In this document: positions 8,750-19,322 of the stretch, piece after piece
How positions within the stretch are numbered: the first letter of the stretch is position 1
Layout: each line of letters starts with the position of its first letter
Assembly (NCBI GenBank): GCA_041641295.1
Contig: JBEPYO010000001.1
Span: forward strand, 410,776 to 474,775
Direction of reading: 5' to 3'
Source of the DNA: Nitrososphaerota archaeon
GTDB lineage: Archaea > Thermoproteota > Nitrososphaeria_A > Caldarchaeales > Calditenuaceae
DNA length: 64,000 nt
Program-made: the position numbers and the translations under genes
Notes under the pieces: model-generated
Seen by the model: only the letters and a program-made list of their open reading frames with translations
Told to the model about the DNA's origin: nothing
The model's database searches: none

Positions 8750-9979
8750 GTGAAGATCTTAATTGTTCTCTTGGACGGTGTGGGTGATAGGCCTTCACGC
8801 ATTTTGAACGGCCTGACACCTCTTCAGGCTGCACGTATTCCATTTCTGAACGGCCTTGCACGCGAGGGTATTAACGGCATAATGGACCCAGTCGCGCCGG
8901 GAATCCCGGTTGGGAGCGATACGGGCCACCTATCAATCCTCGGCTATGACCCCTACAAGTATTATCCTGGCAGGGGGCCCTTCGAGGCGCTGGGCGCTGG
9001 CATCAAGCTCAAACCCGGTGACGTGGCTTTTAGATGCAATTTCGCCACAGTTAGTGATGATGGACGGGTTGTGGATAGGAGGGCGGGCCGTATAAGCAGC
9101 CAAGAGGCCGCCCAGCTTGTCGAGAGCCTCAAAGAGGTTGTGGAGGTAGACGGAATAGAGGTCTTGCTGAAACACACTGTTGAGCACAGGTCTGTCCTCG
9201 TGCTACGAGGAGAAGTCTCCGACAAGATCTCGGACGTCGACCCGCATAAAGATGGGGCAGTAATCCACTGGCCTAAGCCCCTGGACAATTCCCGGGAGGC
9301 GGAGAGGACAGCAGAGGCCTTGACTAAGCTCCTCAAAAAATATAGGCAGATACTTGAGGGCCACCCAGTAAATGCTAGGAGGCGTGAGGCAGGTTTACCA
9401 ATCGCCAATATGCTGCTGCCGCGCGGAGCAGGGAAGATGCCGAATTTGCCATCTCTCTCCGAGCGATTCGGTGTTAGAGCCGCTGTTATAGCTGGCGGAG
9501 CTCTCTACAAGGGAGTGTGCAGCTCTGTGGGCATGGACGTGGTCGAGGCACCGGGAGCAACCGGCACACTAAACACCGATTTGGACTCCAAGTTCAAAAC
9601 AGCGTTCAAAGCCATGGGCGATTACGACCTAGTCTTCCTCCACATTAAGGGGACAGACACAGCAGCCCATGACAAGGACCCGGCCACGAAGGCAGCATTC
9701 GTAGAGAAGATCGACACAGCTTTTGCAAAAAACTATAACCCTCCACGCGACGAATTCATCGTCTGCGTCACAGGCGACCACACAACCAGCTCTCTCACCG
9801 GTGAGCATAGGGGAGACCCGGTACCGGTGCTGATTTGGGGACACGGCGTGAGGGTGGACTACGTAAACAGATTTAACGAGGTTGACTCGGCCCGTGGCGC
9901 TCTCGGACGGATAAAGGGCACGGACCTGATGAATATTCTGATGGACCTGGCAAACAGGACCGAGAAGTTCGGCGAATAG
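8750..9979 (+). CDS. apgM: 2,3-bisphosphoglycerate-independent phosphoglycerate mutase, archaeal type
   Basis: 409 aa with [15 protein letters not shown] at the N-terminus. Length and metal-binding Asp/His-rich segments are typical of the ApgM family. Confidence 0.75.
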   Translation: MKILIVLLDGVGDRPSRILNGLTPLQAARIPFLNGLAREGINGIMDPVAPGIPVGSDTGHLSILGYDPYKYYPGRGPFEALGAGIKLKPGDVAFRCNFATVSDDGRVVDRRAGRISSQEAAQLVESLKEVVEVDGIEVLLKHTVEHRSVLVLRGEVSDKISDVDPHKDGAVIHWPKPLDNSREAERTAEALTKLLKKYRQILEGHPVNARRREAGLPIANMLLPRGAGKMPNLPSLSERFGVRAAVIAGGALYKGVCSSVGMDVVEAPGATGTLNTDLDSKFKTAFKAMGDYDLVFLHIKGTDTAAHDKDPATKAAFVEKIDTAFAKNYNPPRDEFIVCVTGDHTTSSLTGEHRGDPVPVLIWGHGVRVDYVNRFNEVDSARGALGRIKGTDLMNILMDLANRTEKFGE

Positions 9980-9984
9980 AGGAC

Positions 9985-10176
9985 CTACCCTCTCCGCAAA
10001 ACAGTTCTGCGGAGAAGCACCTCCGCCTCCTTCCTATACTCAGTCTCGAGCCCGCATCTTAGTCGTAAATAATCCTCTAAGCCCAGCACCCCATCTTGAA
10101 ACTCCTTTTTGGCGCTCCAAATCCTTTCTGAGAGCTCTCTCAGATGGTTTTCAATTCTTAACGGTGGCAGCCTCAA
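9985..10176 (-). CDS. small hypothetical protein co-oriented with rps19e (4-nt overlap)
   Basis: 63-aa basic ORF immediately downstream of S19e. No recognisable motif. Confidence 0.3.
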   Translation of the reverse strand: MRLPPLRIENHLRELSERIWSAKKEFQDGVLGLEDYLRLRCGLETEYRKEAEVLLRRTVLRRG

Positions 10177-10604
10177 GCCTTACCTGCCTGTCTCTTCAAT
10201 ATGCTCTCACTGATCTCTTCGAGTAACTGTCTGCCCTTCTTCGTCAATACTCTACCCTTCTTAGACTTCTCCACCAGCCCAGCGCTCTCCAACTGCTGGA
10301 GGGCTTTTCTGATAACACTACCGCTGCCCGGCGCGAAGTGGGGGTTTCTATGACCCATCCTATGTCTCCCACCATACATCTTCCTCAGACGCGAGACCCC
10401 CAGCCCCTTCTCGTGGATATACAGTTTCCGCAATATTGCTGCACACCTCACATACCACCAGTCAGGGTCGGATGGGGGCCTGTCCTTAGAGACTCCCGTC
10501 TTTACAAATAGCGCCCATTTAGGCATGGATACTATCCGATTCTCCTTGAGGTAGCGGGCTGTTGTCTTGATGAGCTGTAGTGGCTCAACCAGTCTCACAC
10601 TCAT
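10173..10604 (-). CDS. rps19e: 30S ribosomal protein S19e
   Basis: DWWYVRCAAILRKLYIHEKGLGVSRLRKMYGGRHRMGHRNPHFAPGSGSVIRKALQQLESAGLV is the conserved S19e core. Confidence 0.85.
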   Translation of the reverse strand: MSVRLVEPLQLIKTTARYLKENRIVSMPKWALFVKTGVSKDRPPSDPDWWYVRCAAILRKLYIHEKGLGVSRLRKMYGGRHRMGHRNPHFAPGSGSVIRKALQQLESAGLVEKSKKGRVLTKKGRQLLEEISESILKRQAGKA

Positions 10605-10727
10605 TTCCCCCGATTTCTGACATGCTTTTCATTTAAGCCATATTTAACGCTGCCTCAGAGCAGCCTAGTCAGGGCTACGACCTAATGGATTATTCCTTAT
10701 TAGATGCCTTGAAAATTTGACAAACCA

Positions 10728-11372
10728 ATGGACTGGCCCCAACTCATCGCCACCGTTGTCCTCGTCTCCGCATCAGGAGCTCTTGCGCCGGGTCCACTAC
10801 TTATTGCGACCTTGAGCGAGAGTGTTAAAAGAGGGGGCCGCGTAGGACTCCTATCAGCCACCGGGCACATGATCGTGGAACTCCCCCTAGTCCTCCTTAT
10901 AGCCCAGGGCATAGCCTTCCTCCTAACCACCGAGGTAATGGCTAGGCTAGCTATAACTGTCGCCGGAATAGCGGCCCTCACATTCTTCGGTCTCAACCAG
11001 CTCCGCGAATCCCTCCTAGCAAAACCCACTACGACCAATGGACTGGACGCTAAGACGCCTAAGAATGGTGTTGCGATAGGCATAATATTCACTGGGCTAA
11101 ACCCATACTTCATCACTTGGTGGCTGACCATCGGTGCAAAGCTGGTCTATGACGCGCTAGCCCTCGCGGCCTGGCTGGGCATCGCCGTGATGTACGCCTC
11201 ACACATCTGGATCGACTACGCCTGGCTCTATATCACAGGTAGTCTGGCATGGAGAGGGGGTAGAATACTCGGATCAAAGCTGTTGAGGCTCATAAACATA
11301 GTTCTTGGATCCTTCCTCCTAGTCCTTGCACTTATGATGAGTCTAGAGCTTGTGCCCCTCATATTCTCTTAG
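10728..11372 (+). CDS. LysE/RhtB-type amino-acid exporter family membrane protein
   Basis: 214 aa with about 6 TM helices. The N-terminal ASGALAPGPLL motif is typical of LysE-type translocators. Confidence 0.5.
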   Translation: MDWPQLIATVVLVSASGALAPGPLLIATLSESVKRGGRVGLLSATGHMIVELPLVLLIAQGIAFLLTTEVMARLAITVAGIAALTFFGLNQLRESLLAKPTTTNGLDAKTPKNGVAIGIIFTGLNPYFITWWLTIGAKLVYDALALAAWLGIAVMYASHIWIDYAWLYITGSLAWRGGRILGSKLLRLINIVLGSFLLVLALMMSLELVPLIFS

Positions 11373-11444
11373 ATATACAGGGAGAATGTCCTTTCGCCTA
11401 GGCGACGACCCCGGTATAAATGTGAATCTGTCAGATGTATCTGC

Positions 11445-11987
11445 ATGCGCTTCTCATGGTCGAGGGAGTCAAAGCTCTGGTCCAAAATCGAGGAAGTATC
11501 CCTCAGCCTCTCAGTCCTGAACAAAAAGCTCGCAGCGAGAGTAGACCAGATGAGCAGGAGAAACAGAGACCTCTTCGAAGCATGCGTCAAGGCCTATCAG
11601 GAAGGCGACACGGAGAGGGCGGCAGTCTACGCCTCTGAGCTGTCCCAGCTCCGAAAAACATTCAATAACACCCTACGATGCCAGCTCTCCCTGGAGGCAG
11701 TGATATACAGGCTTGCGACAGTCAAAGACCTCGGCGACGTGAGGATGGCCCTTCAGCCGATTAAAGGGATCGTGTCTAAGATTGGCGAAGACCTTCAAGG
11801 CGCCCTGCCTGAGGTCAGTGGGCGAGTATTACGGGTTCAGGAACTCATCGACGATGTTGCGCTCGAGATCGGCTCGGCTGATGATATAGGCTACTCAAAG
11901 TTTGAGGCCACAGATGACGAGGCAAAGCGAATATTGGCTGAAGCAGCCGCCATAGCTAGTCGAAGAGGCGAGCGGAACATAGCCTAG
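11445..11987 (+). CDS. ESCRT-III/Snf7-family protein (CdvB paralog)
   Basis: 180 aa predicted coiled-coil protein. The ERAAVYASELSQLRKTFNNTLRCQLSLEAVIYRLATVKDLGDVRMALQPIKGIVSKIGEDL segment matches the Snf7 core helix hairpin, and the C-terminus is acidic. Confidence 0.55.
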   Translation: MRFSWSRESKLWSKIEEVSLSLSVLNKKLAARVDQMSRRNRDLFEACVKAYQEGDTERAAVYASELSQLRKTFNNTLRCQLSLEAVIYRLATVKDLGDVRMALQPIKGIVSKIGEDLQGALPEVSGRVLRVQELIDDVALEIGSADDIGYSKFEATDDEAKRILAEAAAIASRRGERNIA

Positions 11988-12034
11988 CCACGCAAAGATT
12001 TATTCGGAAGAGGCGCCTATAGGCAAGTGGAGAG

Positions 12035-12496
12035 ATGAAAATAAAGCGATCGTCAGGGGCTGTAGTGTTCAACGACTCAATCGGCGAGAACTACTATCTC
12101 GTACTGTTATATGGCGGTGGTCACTGGGATTTCCCAAAAGGCGGCATAGAAGAGGGAGAGTCTGAGATAGAGACCGCGCTAAGAGAGATTAGAGAAGAGA
12201 CGAGCCTGCAGAATGTTCAAATCATCGAGGGTTTCAAACGAATAATAAGCTACACCTACAAAAGCGACGATGACACAGTATATAAGACGGTCACATTTTT
12301 TCTGGGGAGGACCAACGAGTTCCGAGTAACTCTCAGCAAGGAGCATAAGGCTTATGCTTGGCTAAAATATCCGGACGCACTCACTCAGCTCACATTCAGG
12401 ACGGCGAAGCAAGTCTTGATGGATGCCGAGGACTTCCTTAGAAAGAACCACTTCATACATGGTGGCGGAAGATCTTCCATCCGTAATATGAGTTGA
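12035..12496 (+). CDS. NUDIX hydrolase (Ap4A/8-oxo-dGTP hydrolase-like)
   Basis: Nudix box GGIEEGESEIETALREIREETSL, with GGGHWDFPKG preceding it. Confidence 0.7.
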   Translation: MKIKRSSGAVVFNDSIGENYYLVLLYGGGHWDFPKGGIEEGESEIETALREIREETSLQNVQIIEGFKRIISYTYKSDDDTVYKTVTFFLGRTNEFRVTLSKEHKAYAWLKYPDALTQLTFRTAKQVLMDAEDFLRKNHFIHGGGRSSIRNMS

Positions 12497-12503
12497 GGAA
12501 AAA

Positions 12504-14210
12504 ATGAGACTGACTGTACTAGTGTTAGCTGTAATGCTCGTTTTATCTCAGCTGGCTTTAAGCTATGGGCAGGGTGAAAGCCTCACTGTTAGAGTTTTTG
12601 ACATTTCTGGGAGCCCTCGTGGAGGTATAGAGCTGAGGCTATCCAACTCCACGTTTACTAGGATGTTTGAGACAACGGCGCAGGGTGTTGCGGAGTTCAG
12701 GCTCATCGCACCCGGAGTATATAATCTTTCAGCCATCGTAGACGGTGTAGAGGTGGCTCAAGCAACTGTCTCTTTCCCAGCACAGACCCAGGTAAATCTT
12801 ACACTCATGGTGCAGAATGTAGAGGTGCTGGTATACGATTTAGATGGGAGACCGGCTAGCGGTGTAGCGATTGAGCTTAGATCGGAGAATGGGCCGGTTA
12901 TACGCAGGGGCTCAACAGACCCTAACGGCAAAATCTCGATACGCGACCTGCCCTTCTCAAACCTATCCAAAGTAGGCCCATACAGGGTACTTGGTAAGCT
13001 GGGGGATGTTGCTGTCCTTAACACGTCCATAATTGTGTCTCCACAGGTCTCGGAGTATCGTCTGACCGCTGAGATCGTCAGGGTGGGGGTAAATATTCTT
13101 GACTACAGGGGCGGGGCCGTGAATGTAACTCTGAGGCTAAGCTCTGAGGCTCTAAACTTTTCCACATCGCTTGCGGCTGGGCGGACATATAGTATTCCCT
13201 CATCAAGGATTGCCGGTCCATACATTATAGAGGCCTCTAAGCGATATTCCCCACAAACACCGGAGATACTCCTACTCAAGGAGACGGCTTTACTGGAAAG
13301 GAGCCAGAACCTAACATACGTGCTTGACCTCTCAGACATAGTGGTTGTAGTGAAGGACGACGCTGGGTCGGCAGTTAGGGGCCTCAGGGTCGTCATAGAG
13401 TCTGAGAAGCTTGGCGTGCTAGGCTCATCGACAACCAATACTGGCGGAGAGGTTACATTCTCTGCAATACCCTTTAGCGAGGGGCGGCCTGGTGCAGGAA
13501 TCTACCGCATATCTGTGTCCAAGGGCGGTATCCAGCTTAGTGCAATGGATGTAAACTTGGTTCCCGGCTCTGAGAGGGTTACAGTGACTGTGAATCGTGT
13601 TGAGACCTTGTTCTACATCCAGAATCCCCGGGGGCAACCTCTTCCCAATGCAACCCTCACACTGCTAGACCCAATAACGAGACGGGTTTACACTGCGACG
13701 AGCGATGCTGAGGGGAGGGCGACACTACACCTGATCCAGGGAGTGCACCAGTATTCCGTATCTTACATGGGTGTAGAGGTGGCTAGTGGGGAAATGAACA
13801 CAACAGAGACGCGGGTATTGATACAAGCCACTAAAGTTGATATAGAGTTTAGGGTACGGGTCCGGGACTGGGCTGGAAATATCTTGAGAGACGCTAGGAT
13901 CTCTATAGTTTGGAGGGGGCAGGAGCTTCAGGGCGAGAGGCAGGATGACGGCTCTATACAGGTAAGAGTCCCCGTAGCGGGCGAGGTCCAAGTTAATGTC
14001 TATCTCGACGGCACTCTTGTAGAGCGGAGGCTGGTCTGGGTGAGCTCGCCCATGTTGTTTGAGGTTAGGATTAGGGGGGTGCTTATGGGTGGCAGGCTGG
14101 TTGACGTTGAAACTGTCTCCTCCGTCGTAGCCGGTGTTCTACTAGCCCTCTCTGCAGCCTCAATATTCATACTGTGGAGGCGTAAGGCTTCTCGTGCCAC
14201 AGCAAGCTAG
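12504..14210 (+). CDS. secreted cell-surface protein with repeated beta-sandwich (carboxypeptidase-regulatory-like) domains and a C-terminal TM anchor
   Basis: Signal peptide MRLTVLVLAVMLVLSQLALSYG. About five ~90-aa repeats contain the D..G.P..GV pattern. C-terminal TM helix VVAGVLLALSAASIFILW is followed by a basic tail. Confidence 0.5.
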   Translation: MRLTVLVLAVMLVLSQLALSYGQGESLTVRVFDISGSPRGGIELRLSNSTFTRMFETTAQGVAEFRLIAPGVYNLSAIVDGVEVAQATVSFPAQTQVNLTLMVQNVEVLVYDLDGRPASGVAIELRSENGPVIRRGSTDPNGKISIRDLPFSNLSKVGPYRVLGKLGDVAVLNTSIIVSPQVSEYRLTAEIVRVGVNILDYRGGAVNVTLRLSSEALNFSTSLAAGRTYSIPSSRIAGPYIIEASKRYSPQTPEILLLKETALLERSQNLTYVLDLSDIVVVVKDDAGSAVRGLRVVIESEKLGVLGSSTTNTGGEVTFSAIPFSEGRPGAGIYRISVSKGGIQLSAMDVNLVPGSERVTVTVNRVETLFYIQNPRGQPLPNATLTLLDPITRRVYTATSDAEGRATLHLIQGVHQYSVSYMGVEVASGEMNTTETRVLIQATKVDIEFRVRVRDWAGNILRDARISIVWRGQELQGERQDDGSIQVRVPVAGEVQVNVYLDGTLVERRLVWVSSPMLFEVRIRGVLMGGRLVDVETVSSVVAGVLLALSAASIFILWRRKASRATAS

Positions 14211-14211
14211 G

Positions 14212-15240
14212 TTATCTGTGCCTGACTCGGGGATCGATGAGTGGTGTTAGGAGGTCTAGTATAAAGACAGACAACGTTATTACAATACATGAGATGAGAG
14301 CTATCGCTGCTAGCAGGTTATAGTCGAAAGCTGTGATGGCCCTGTAGATGAGGTATCCCATGCCTGGGTAGGTGAAGAGAATCTCGGTTATGAGGGCTCC
14401 ACCGAGTATCTGGCCCATCTGGAGGGTCAGGAGCGTAATCTGTGTAAGGCTGACCTCGCCCCAGAGATGCCTCCTCCTAATCTCGCTCTCCCTCACACCC
14501 ATGAGCCTGATGAATTGGATATGATCCTCAGCTATTTTCACTCTGGTGGCTGAGTAGGCGCTGAGGAAAAACCAGCCGAGGCTCGCGGGGATTATGAGGG
14601 AGAGGGCTGGCAGGGCGGCATGGTAAAGTATGTTGAGGACAAGTGACAGGTTGTGTAGAGGGTCTTCGGTCAGGCGTGGAGGGACTACGCTAACCCCTCC
14701 GCCTAGAGGGAAGATAGGCACCAGGTATGCGAAGAGGAAGATTAGTACGAGGCCGAAGAGGTAGTATGGTATTGGGTATAGCACGGATGATAACCCTATC
14801 AGGAGCTTGGAGAGGCTTTTCGAGGGGGCAGAGCCTGAGAAAATACCCATTAGGGTCCCGGCAAGCCATGAGATGATTATGCTCATGGAGAGTAGACCTA
14901 TTGTCCATGGAAGCGCCCTCAGAATCAGCACAGATACAGGTGTTGGGAAGCTAACTAGTGATGGTCCGAAGTCGAAGGTGAAGAGTCTCCTCCACACCTC
15001 GAGATAGTGTGACCATAAGTCGCCTTCAAGCCCGTAAAAGCTGAGCCAAGCATTTCGAAGCCTCTCAGCCTCCTCTGGGTATCGTATAATGCCGACTTGG
15101 AAGGCCTGTTGGAGGCGGGCCTCAACCGCGCCTAACGGCGCTAGCCGTAGAATAATGAAGATGATATTGATTCCTAGGAAGAGGTTGAGCCAAGCCGCTA
15201 AGACCCTCTGCCAGATGTACTTCCAACTTATTGGCGCCAT
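14212..15240 (-). CDS. ABC transporter permease, DppB/OppB-like (solitary)
   Basis: 342 aa with 6 TM helices. It has the binding-protein-dependent transport EAA-like loop and resembles the permease at 19323..20330. No cognate ATPase or substrate-binding protein is adjacent. Confidence 0.7.
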   Translation of the reverse strand: MAPISWKYIWQRVLAAWLNLFLGINIIFIILRLAPLGAVEARLQQAFQVGIIRYPEEAERLRNAWLSFYGLEGDLWSHYLEVWRRLFTFDFGPSLVSFPTPVSVLILRALPWTIGLLSMSIIISWLAGTLMGIFSGSAPSKSLSKLLIGLSSVLYPIPYYLFGLVLIFLFAYLVPIFPLGGGVSVVPPRLTEDPLHNLSLVLNILYHAALPALSLIIPASLGWFFLSAYSATRVKIAEDHIQFIRLMGVRESEIRRRHLWGEVSLTQITLLTLQMGQILGGALITEILFTYPGMGYLIYRAITAFDYNLLAAIALISCIVITLSVFILDLLTPLIDPRVRHR

Positions 15241-15344
15241 ATCTTCACATGCTTCTCCACTTCTAGGTCAAGCATTTCAAGTATATTTCAATGTATCAAC
15301 TCTTATATTTTACATGAGATTCTTAATCACTGCGGTGTTTAGTC

Positions 15345-16421
15345 TTGGAGGATGTTAGGGTTGGAGTAATAGGTGTTGGCGGGCATGGCAGGGGAAGACA
15401 CCTCATACCCCTCACCCGAACGCCTGGGGCAAGAGTGGTAGCTGTCTGCGACACCAATCCTGTAACGCTTGAGAACGTATGCAGGGAGTTTCACCTCGCA
15501 GGGTACTCGGACTTCAGAGAGATGATTGAGAGGGAGAGTTTGGAGGCTGTAAGCATAGCCACTCCCTCCGGACTCCACCACAGAATTGCTCTGGAGTGTC
15601 TCAGGAAGGGGGTCCACGTACTGGTCGATAAACCTCTCGGAGCAAACCTCCAAGAGGTGGTCGAGGTAGTGAAGGCGGCGAAGCATCATAATAGAGTGCT
15701 TATGGTCGGGTTCTGGTCGAGGTTCTCGCCCGCCCTCAAGTACGGGGTAGAACTCTACGAGTCGGGCAGCCTTGGGGAGCCCTACTACGCGTATGGATAC
15801 CTCGTGAGGCGGAGGGGGATACCGGGCAAGCCAACCTTCATCGACAGGGAGCTCTCAGGCGGCAGAGGTGTGCTCCTAGACATAGGCTGCTACATGCTCG
15901 ACAACATACTGGCACTGACAGGCTTCCGAAAACCGGTGGCCGCCAGTGGCGCGGTCTACACGAAGTTTGGAAGGAACCCTGAGGAGGTAAAGTTTAACTG
16001 GGGGTCATGGAATCCTGACCAGTTCGAGCTCGAGGACTTCGCCGCAGGGTTTGTGAGGTTTGAGGATGGTTTAACCCTGTGCATAGAGACGGCCTGGGCT
16101 GCTAACGTCTCACATAGGGGGGAGGTGGGTAGACTGAGGGTTTTAGGCGACAAGGGCGGACTAGAGGCTGAAGGACATGAAGCACTCCAAGACATAGGGT
16201 TCTACTCAAGGACGTCAAACTTCTTAACCGACGCTAAACCCGTCCTCCCCAACGTAGACCTCCCCCTCGAGATGACAAAGGCCTTCATCAGGTCGGTTCA
16301 GGAAAAAACTGAGCCGCCTGTAACAGGCTGGCAGAGCATCATACTACACGCCATAATAGACGCCATCTACGAGTCATCCAACACGGGAAGAGAAACAAGA
16401 ATATCTCTCCCAACAGTCTAG
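15345..16421 (+). CDS. Gfo/Idh/MocA-family NAD(P)-dependent oxidoreductase
   Basis: N-terminal Rossmann VGVIGVGGHGRGRH. The EKPL-like motif VDKPL is present, along with a C-terminal alpha/beta domain. Confidence 0.75.
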   Translation: MEDVRVGVIGVGGHGRGRHLIPLTRTPGARVVAVCDTNPVTLENVCREFHLAGYSDFREMIERESLEAVSIATPSGLHHRIALECLRKGVHVLVDKPLGANLQEVVEVVKAAKHHNRVLMVGFWSRFSPALKYGVELYESGSLGEPYYAYGYLVRRRGIPGKPTFIDRELSGGRGVLLDIGCYMLDNILALTGFRKPVAASGAVYTKFGRNPEEVKFNWGSWNPDQFELEDFAAGFVRFEDGLTLCIETAWAANVSHRGEVGRLRVLGDKGGLEAEGHEALQDIGFYSRTSNFLTDAKPVLPNVDLPLEMTKAFIRSVQEKTEPPVTGWQSIILHAIIDAIYESSNTGRETRISLPTV

Positions 16422-17398
16422 TGTTTCTCATCAGAGTAGAGCCAGCAGGCCACTTCCACTCCACCACTAGTTCTTATCAGCGGCGGCGCCTTCTTTCTAC
16501 AGATCTCCATAACGTAGGGACACCTGTCTGCAAACTTGCAGCCCGGTAGAAGATATTCCTCAACATCCGTTACCGCCACCTTAATCCTCCCAGCCCACTT
16601 CCTGTCAACCCTGGGTATTGAGTCGATGAGGAGCTGGGTGTAGGGGTGGAGCGGCTCCCTGAAAATGGCCTCAGCCTCTCCAACCTCCGCGAATGACCCC
16701 TTATACATCACCGCTATCCTGTCGCTGATGTAGTAGGCTGTGGCTAGGTCGTGTGTAATGTAAATGAAGTTGATTCCTAAGTCTTCTTTGAGCTGCTTGA
16801 ATATGTTTAGGATACCCATCCTGAGGGAGGCGTCAATCATTGAGACAGGCTCATCCGCCACAATTAGCTTCGGCCTCGGAATGATCGCCCTGGCTATTGA
16901 TAGTCTCTGGACCTGGCCGCCTGAGAGCTCGTAGGGGGACCTGTCTGCGATGTCCGGTGAGAGTCTCACAGCCTCGAGGGCTTGGTTCACCCGCTCCACA
17001 GCCTCATCCCTGTCCTCGACACCAGCCACCTTGACCGCGGTATGGATGAGGTATGGGTACACCTTCCTGAGGGGGTTGAAGCTCTCAAAAGGGTTCTGGA
17101 AAACCGGCTGAACGACCCTAGGCAGCCATCTGCTCCTCTCCTTTGAAGAGAGTTCTAACACCTGCTTACCCAGAATCTCAATTCTTCCAGACGTTGGCTC
17201 TATGAGGCTCAGAATCATTCTAGCAAGCGTCGTCTTGCCACAACCGCTCTCGCCAACGATCGTGAATATGCTGGCAGAGTCTCCTCCAAGCGTAAAGGAA
17301 ACATCATCAACCGCCCTGAACTTTTTCCCAAAAAATATACCGCCGGTCTTGAATACTTTTGTGAGATTCTCGACCTTAAGTATGCTGTTCTCTCTCAT
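16418..17398 (-). CDS. ABC transporter ATP-binding protein (OppF/DppF-like)
   Basis: Walker A GESGCGKTT, ABC signature LSGGQVQR and Walker B LIVADEP. The C-terminal oligopeptide-type extension carries Cys residues. Confidence 0.85.
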   Translation of the reverse strand: MRENSILKVENLTKVFKTGGIFFGKKFRAVDDVSFTLGGDSASIFTIVGESGCGKTTLARMILSLIEPTSGRIEILGKQVLELSSKERSRWLPRVVQPVFQNPFESFNPLRKVYPYLIHTAVKVAGVEDRDEAVERVNQALEAVRLSPDIADRSPYELSGGQVQRLSIARAIIPRPKLIVADEPVSMIDASLRMGILNIFKQLKEDLGINFIYITHDLATAYYISDRIAVMYKGSFAEVGEAEAIFREPLHPYTQLLIDSIPRVDRKWAGRIKVAVTDVEEYLLPGCKFADRCPYVMEICRKKAPPLIRTSGGVEVACWLYSDEKH

Positions 17399-18385
17399 CT
17401 ATGCCTTCCCCTCCAAGAGCCAGCAGGCCACCTCTCTGTCTCCGAGCTTGAGGAGTGGCGGCTCCTCCCTCGAACACTTCTCCATCCTGTAGGGGCATCG
17501 TGGATGGAATCTACAGCCAGGGGGCGGGTTGGCGAGGCTGGGCGGGAGGCCTGAAAGCCCCTCAAGCCTCTTAGACCCACCTATGCGTGGCAGAGAGTTG
17601 ATAAGGCCCTCAGTGTAGGGGTGGAGGGGTTCTTTAAACACGTCATCAGTCTTGCCAACCTCTATTATCTTCCCCGCATACATGAGGGCTATCCTATCCG
17701 TCACCTGATAGTGAAGACCCATATCGTGCGAAACGAGAATAAATGAGGTTCCATACATCTCTCTGATTTTCTGTATCATCTCCACAACTCCCCTCTGGTA
17801 GACGACGTCGAGGGCAGAGGTTGGCTCGTCAGCAAGCACAATGCTCGGGTTCATTATAGTTGCGAGGGCGATTACAGTCCTCTGACGCATGCCTCCGCTA
17901 AGCTGGTGTGGATAGGAGTTTAGTATGCTCTCGCGGAGACCAAGCTCCCGTAGCCTGTCCTTAACTTGCTGAAGAGCCTCCTCCTTCCTAACCCCTCCAT
18001 ACTTCTGGAAAATCTCCAAGAACTGGCTCCTAATCCTTGAAGTTGGGTTAAGAACGGACATCGAGCCCTGGGGAATGTAGGAGATTACCCTAGCCCTCAT
18101 CTCTCTCAGCTTATCCTCGCCTATACTGTAGAGGTCAACCATCTCCCCATTTGTCGCCTGAAGCCTTATCGTACCTGATAACACCCTCAGAGGCGGAGTC
18201 ACATCCCTGTATATCGTCCTCATCAGAGTGGTTTTTCCACACCCCGACTCGCCAGCCAGCCCCACTATCTCACCCTTCTTCACATATAGGCTGACATTGT
18301 CCACCGCCCTCACCCTAATACCGTTTCCGAAAACGTAGTGGGCGGTAACGCCCCTGCAATCTAATACAAGATTGTTCATCGACAT
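17399..18385 (-). CDS. ABC transporter ATP-binding protein (OppD/DppD-like)
   Basis: Walker A GESGCGKTT, signature LSGGMRQR and Walker B VLADEP. The C-terminal CRFHPRCPY zinc-ribbon-like tail is present. Confidence 0.85.
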   Translation of the reverse strand: MSMNNLVLDCRGVTAHYVFGNGIRVRAVDNVSLYVKKGEIVGLAGESGCGKTTLMRTIYRDVTPPLRVLSGTIRLQATNGEMVDLYSIGEDKLREMRARVISYIPQGSMSVLNPTSRIRSQFLEIFQKYGGVRKEEALQQVKDRLRELGLRESILNSYPHQLSGGMRQRTVIALATIMNPSIVLADEPTSALDVVYQRGVVEMIQKIREMYGTSFILVSHDMGLHYQVTDRIALMYAGKIIEVGKTDDVFKEPLHPYTEGLINSLPRIGGSKRLEGLSGLPPSLANPPPGCRFHPRCPYRMEKCSREEPPLLKLGDREVACWLLEGKA

Positions 18386-18395
18386 CCTATGACTT

Positions 18396-19316
18396 TCACC
18401 CCCTCGCCTGCCACCTAAGACGTGGATTAGAATAGTCCGAGATGCCTTTCGAGATTAGGAAGAGGGAGACGAATATGAGTATTATCGTTATAACTGGTGA
18501 GATGAGCCACCACCAGAGACCCCTGAATAGCGCCGAGTAGTTGAGTGCCCAATATATCATGACTCCGAGTGTCGCCTCGCTAAGTATTGAGACCCCTATT
18601 ACGGCCAGCGCCGCCTCGCTCGATATTGCGAAGAGCACTGTATTCGTCAGGTTTACTAGATGCCAAGGGAGGATGAAGGGTAGATAGTCCCTGAAAACAC
18701 GTCCCAAGACACCATAGCCTGAGAAGATTGATGTCGCAATAAAGTCCCGCTCACGCAGAGATAGCACCATAGCCCTGACCTGCCTAGACGGCCAAGGCCA
18801 AGAGAAGATACTTATAATCAGGCCCATGAGGGGGATAGTCATCACATCCCTCAATAAGACTGCGAGCAGAATAAGAGTCGGGAGTGAGGGTATAACCACG
18901 AAGGAGTCTGTCAAAATCATGAGTATTCGGTCAGCCAGCCCACCCCTCGCCCCCGCTAGCATACCGAGAATAAGACCAACGTGCGAGGCAACCATGGCAG
19001 TTATTAGACCAATAATCAGAGAATTCTTGATGCTCCACGTCAGAAGCCAGAATACATCCTGCCCGTTCGTCGTCGTGCCTAGGGGGAACTCTAGGCTCGG
19101 CGGCTTGTTAGGTGGAACAAGATACCAGCGCCTGGGGTCGAAGGGTGAGAACGAGCTGACAGCAACACCTAGGACAATCGTCACCGTAAATATGATCAGC
19201 CCGACTCTGAATGCGCGGCTCGTCCTGAAAACTTCGAGGAAAATACTTGAGAATCTTGCAAGACTTATACCAAGAAATCTTAATGCGTCAACCCCCGTGC
19301 GCGGAATTAGGGTCAA
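18396..19316 (-). CDS. ABC transporter permease (DppC/OppC-like)
   Basis: 306 aa with 6 TM helices and the typical OppC topology. Confidence 0.8.
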   Translation of the reverse strand: MTLIPRTGVDALRFLGISLARFSSIFLEVFRTSRAFRVGLIIFTVTIVLGVAVSSFSPFDPRRWYLVPPNKPPSLEFPLGTTTNGQDVFWLLTWSIKNSLIIGLITAMVASHVGLILGMLAGARGGLADRILMILTDSFVVIPSLPTLILLAVLLRDVMTIPLMGLIISIFSWPWPSRQVRAMVLSLRERDFIATSIFSGYGVLGRVFRDYLPFILPWHLVNLTNTVLFAISSEAALAVIGVSILSEATLGVMIYWALNYSALFRGLWWWLISPVITIILIFVSLFLISKGISDYSNPRLRWQARG

Positions 19317-19322
19317 CTTGCC

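Noticed and set aside
8962-9408. 148-aa minus-strand ORF (plus shorter ones) inside apgM
   Set aside because: It is antisense to the phosphoglycerate mutase CDS and Ser/Thr/Leu-rich without motifs.
10700-11131. 143-aa minus-strand ORF overlapping the LysE-family gene
   Set aside because: The plus-strand product is a coherent 6-TM LysE-type protein. The minus-strand translation is Arg/Ser/Pro-rich and not protein-like.
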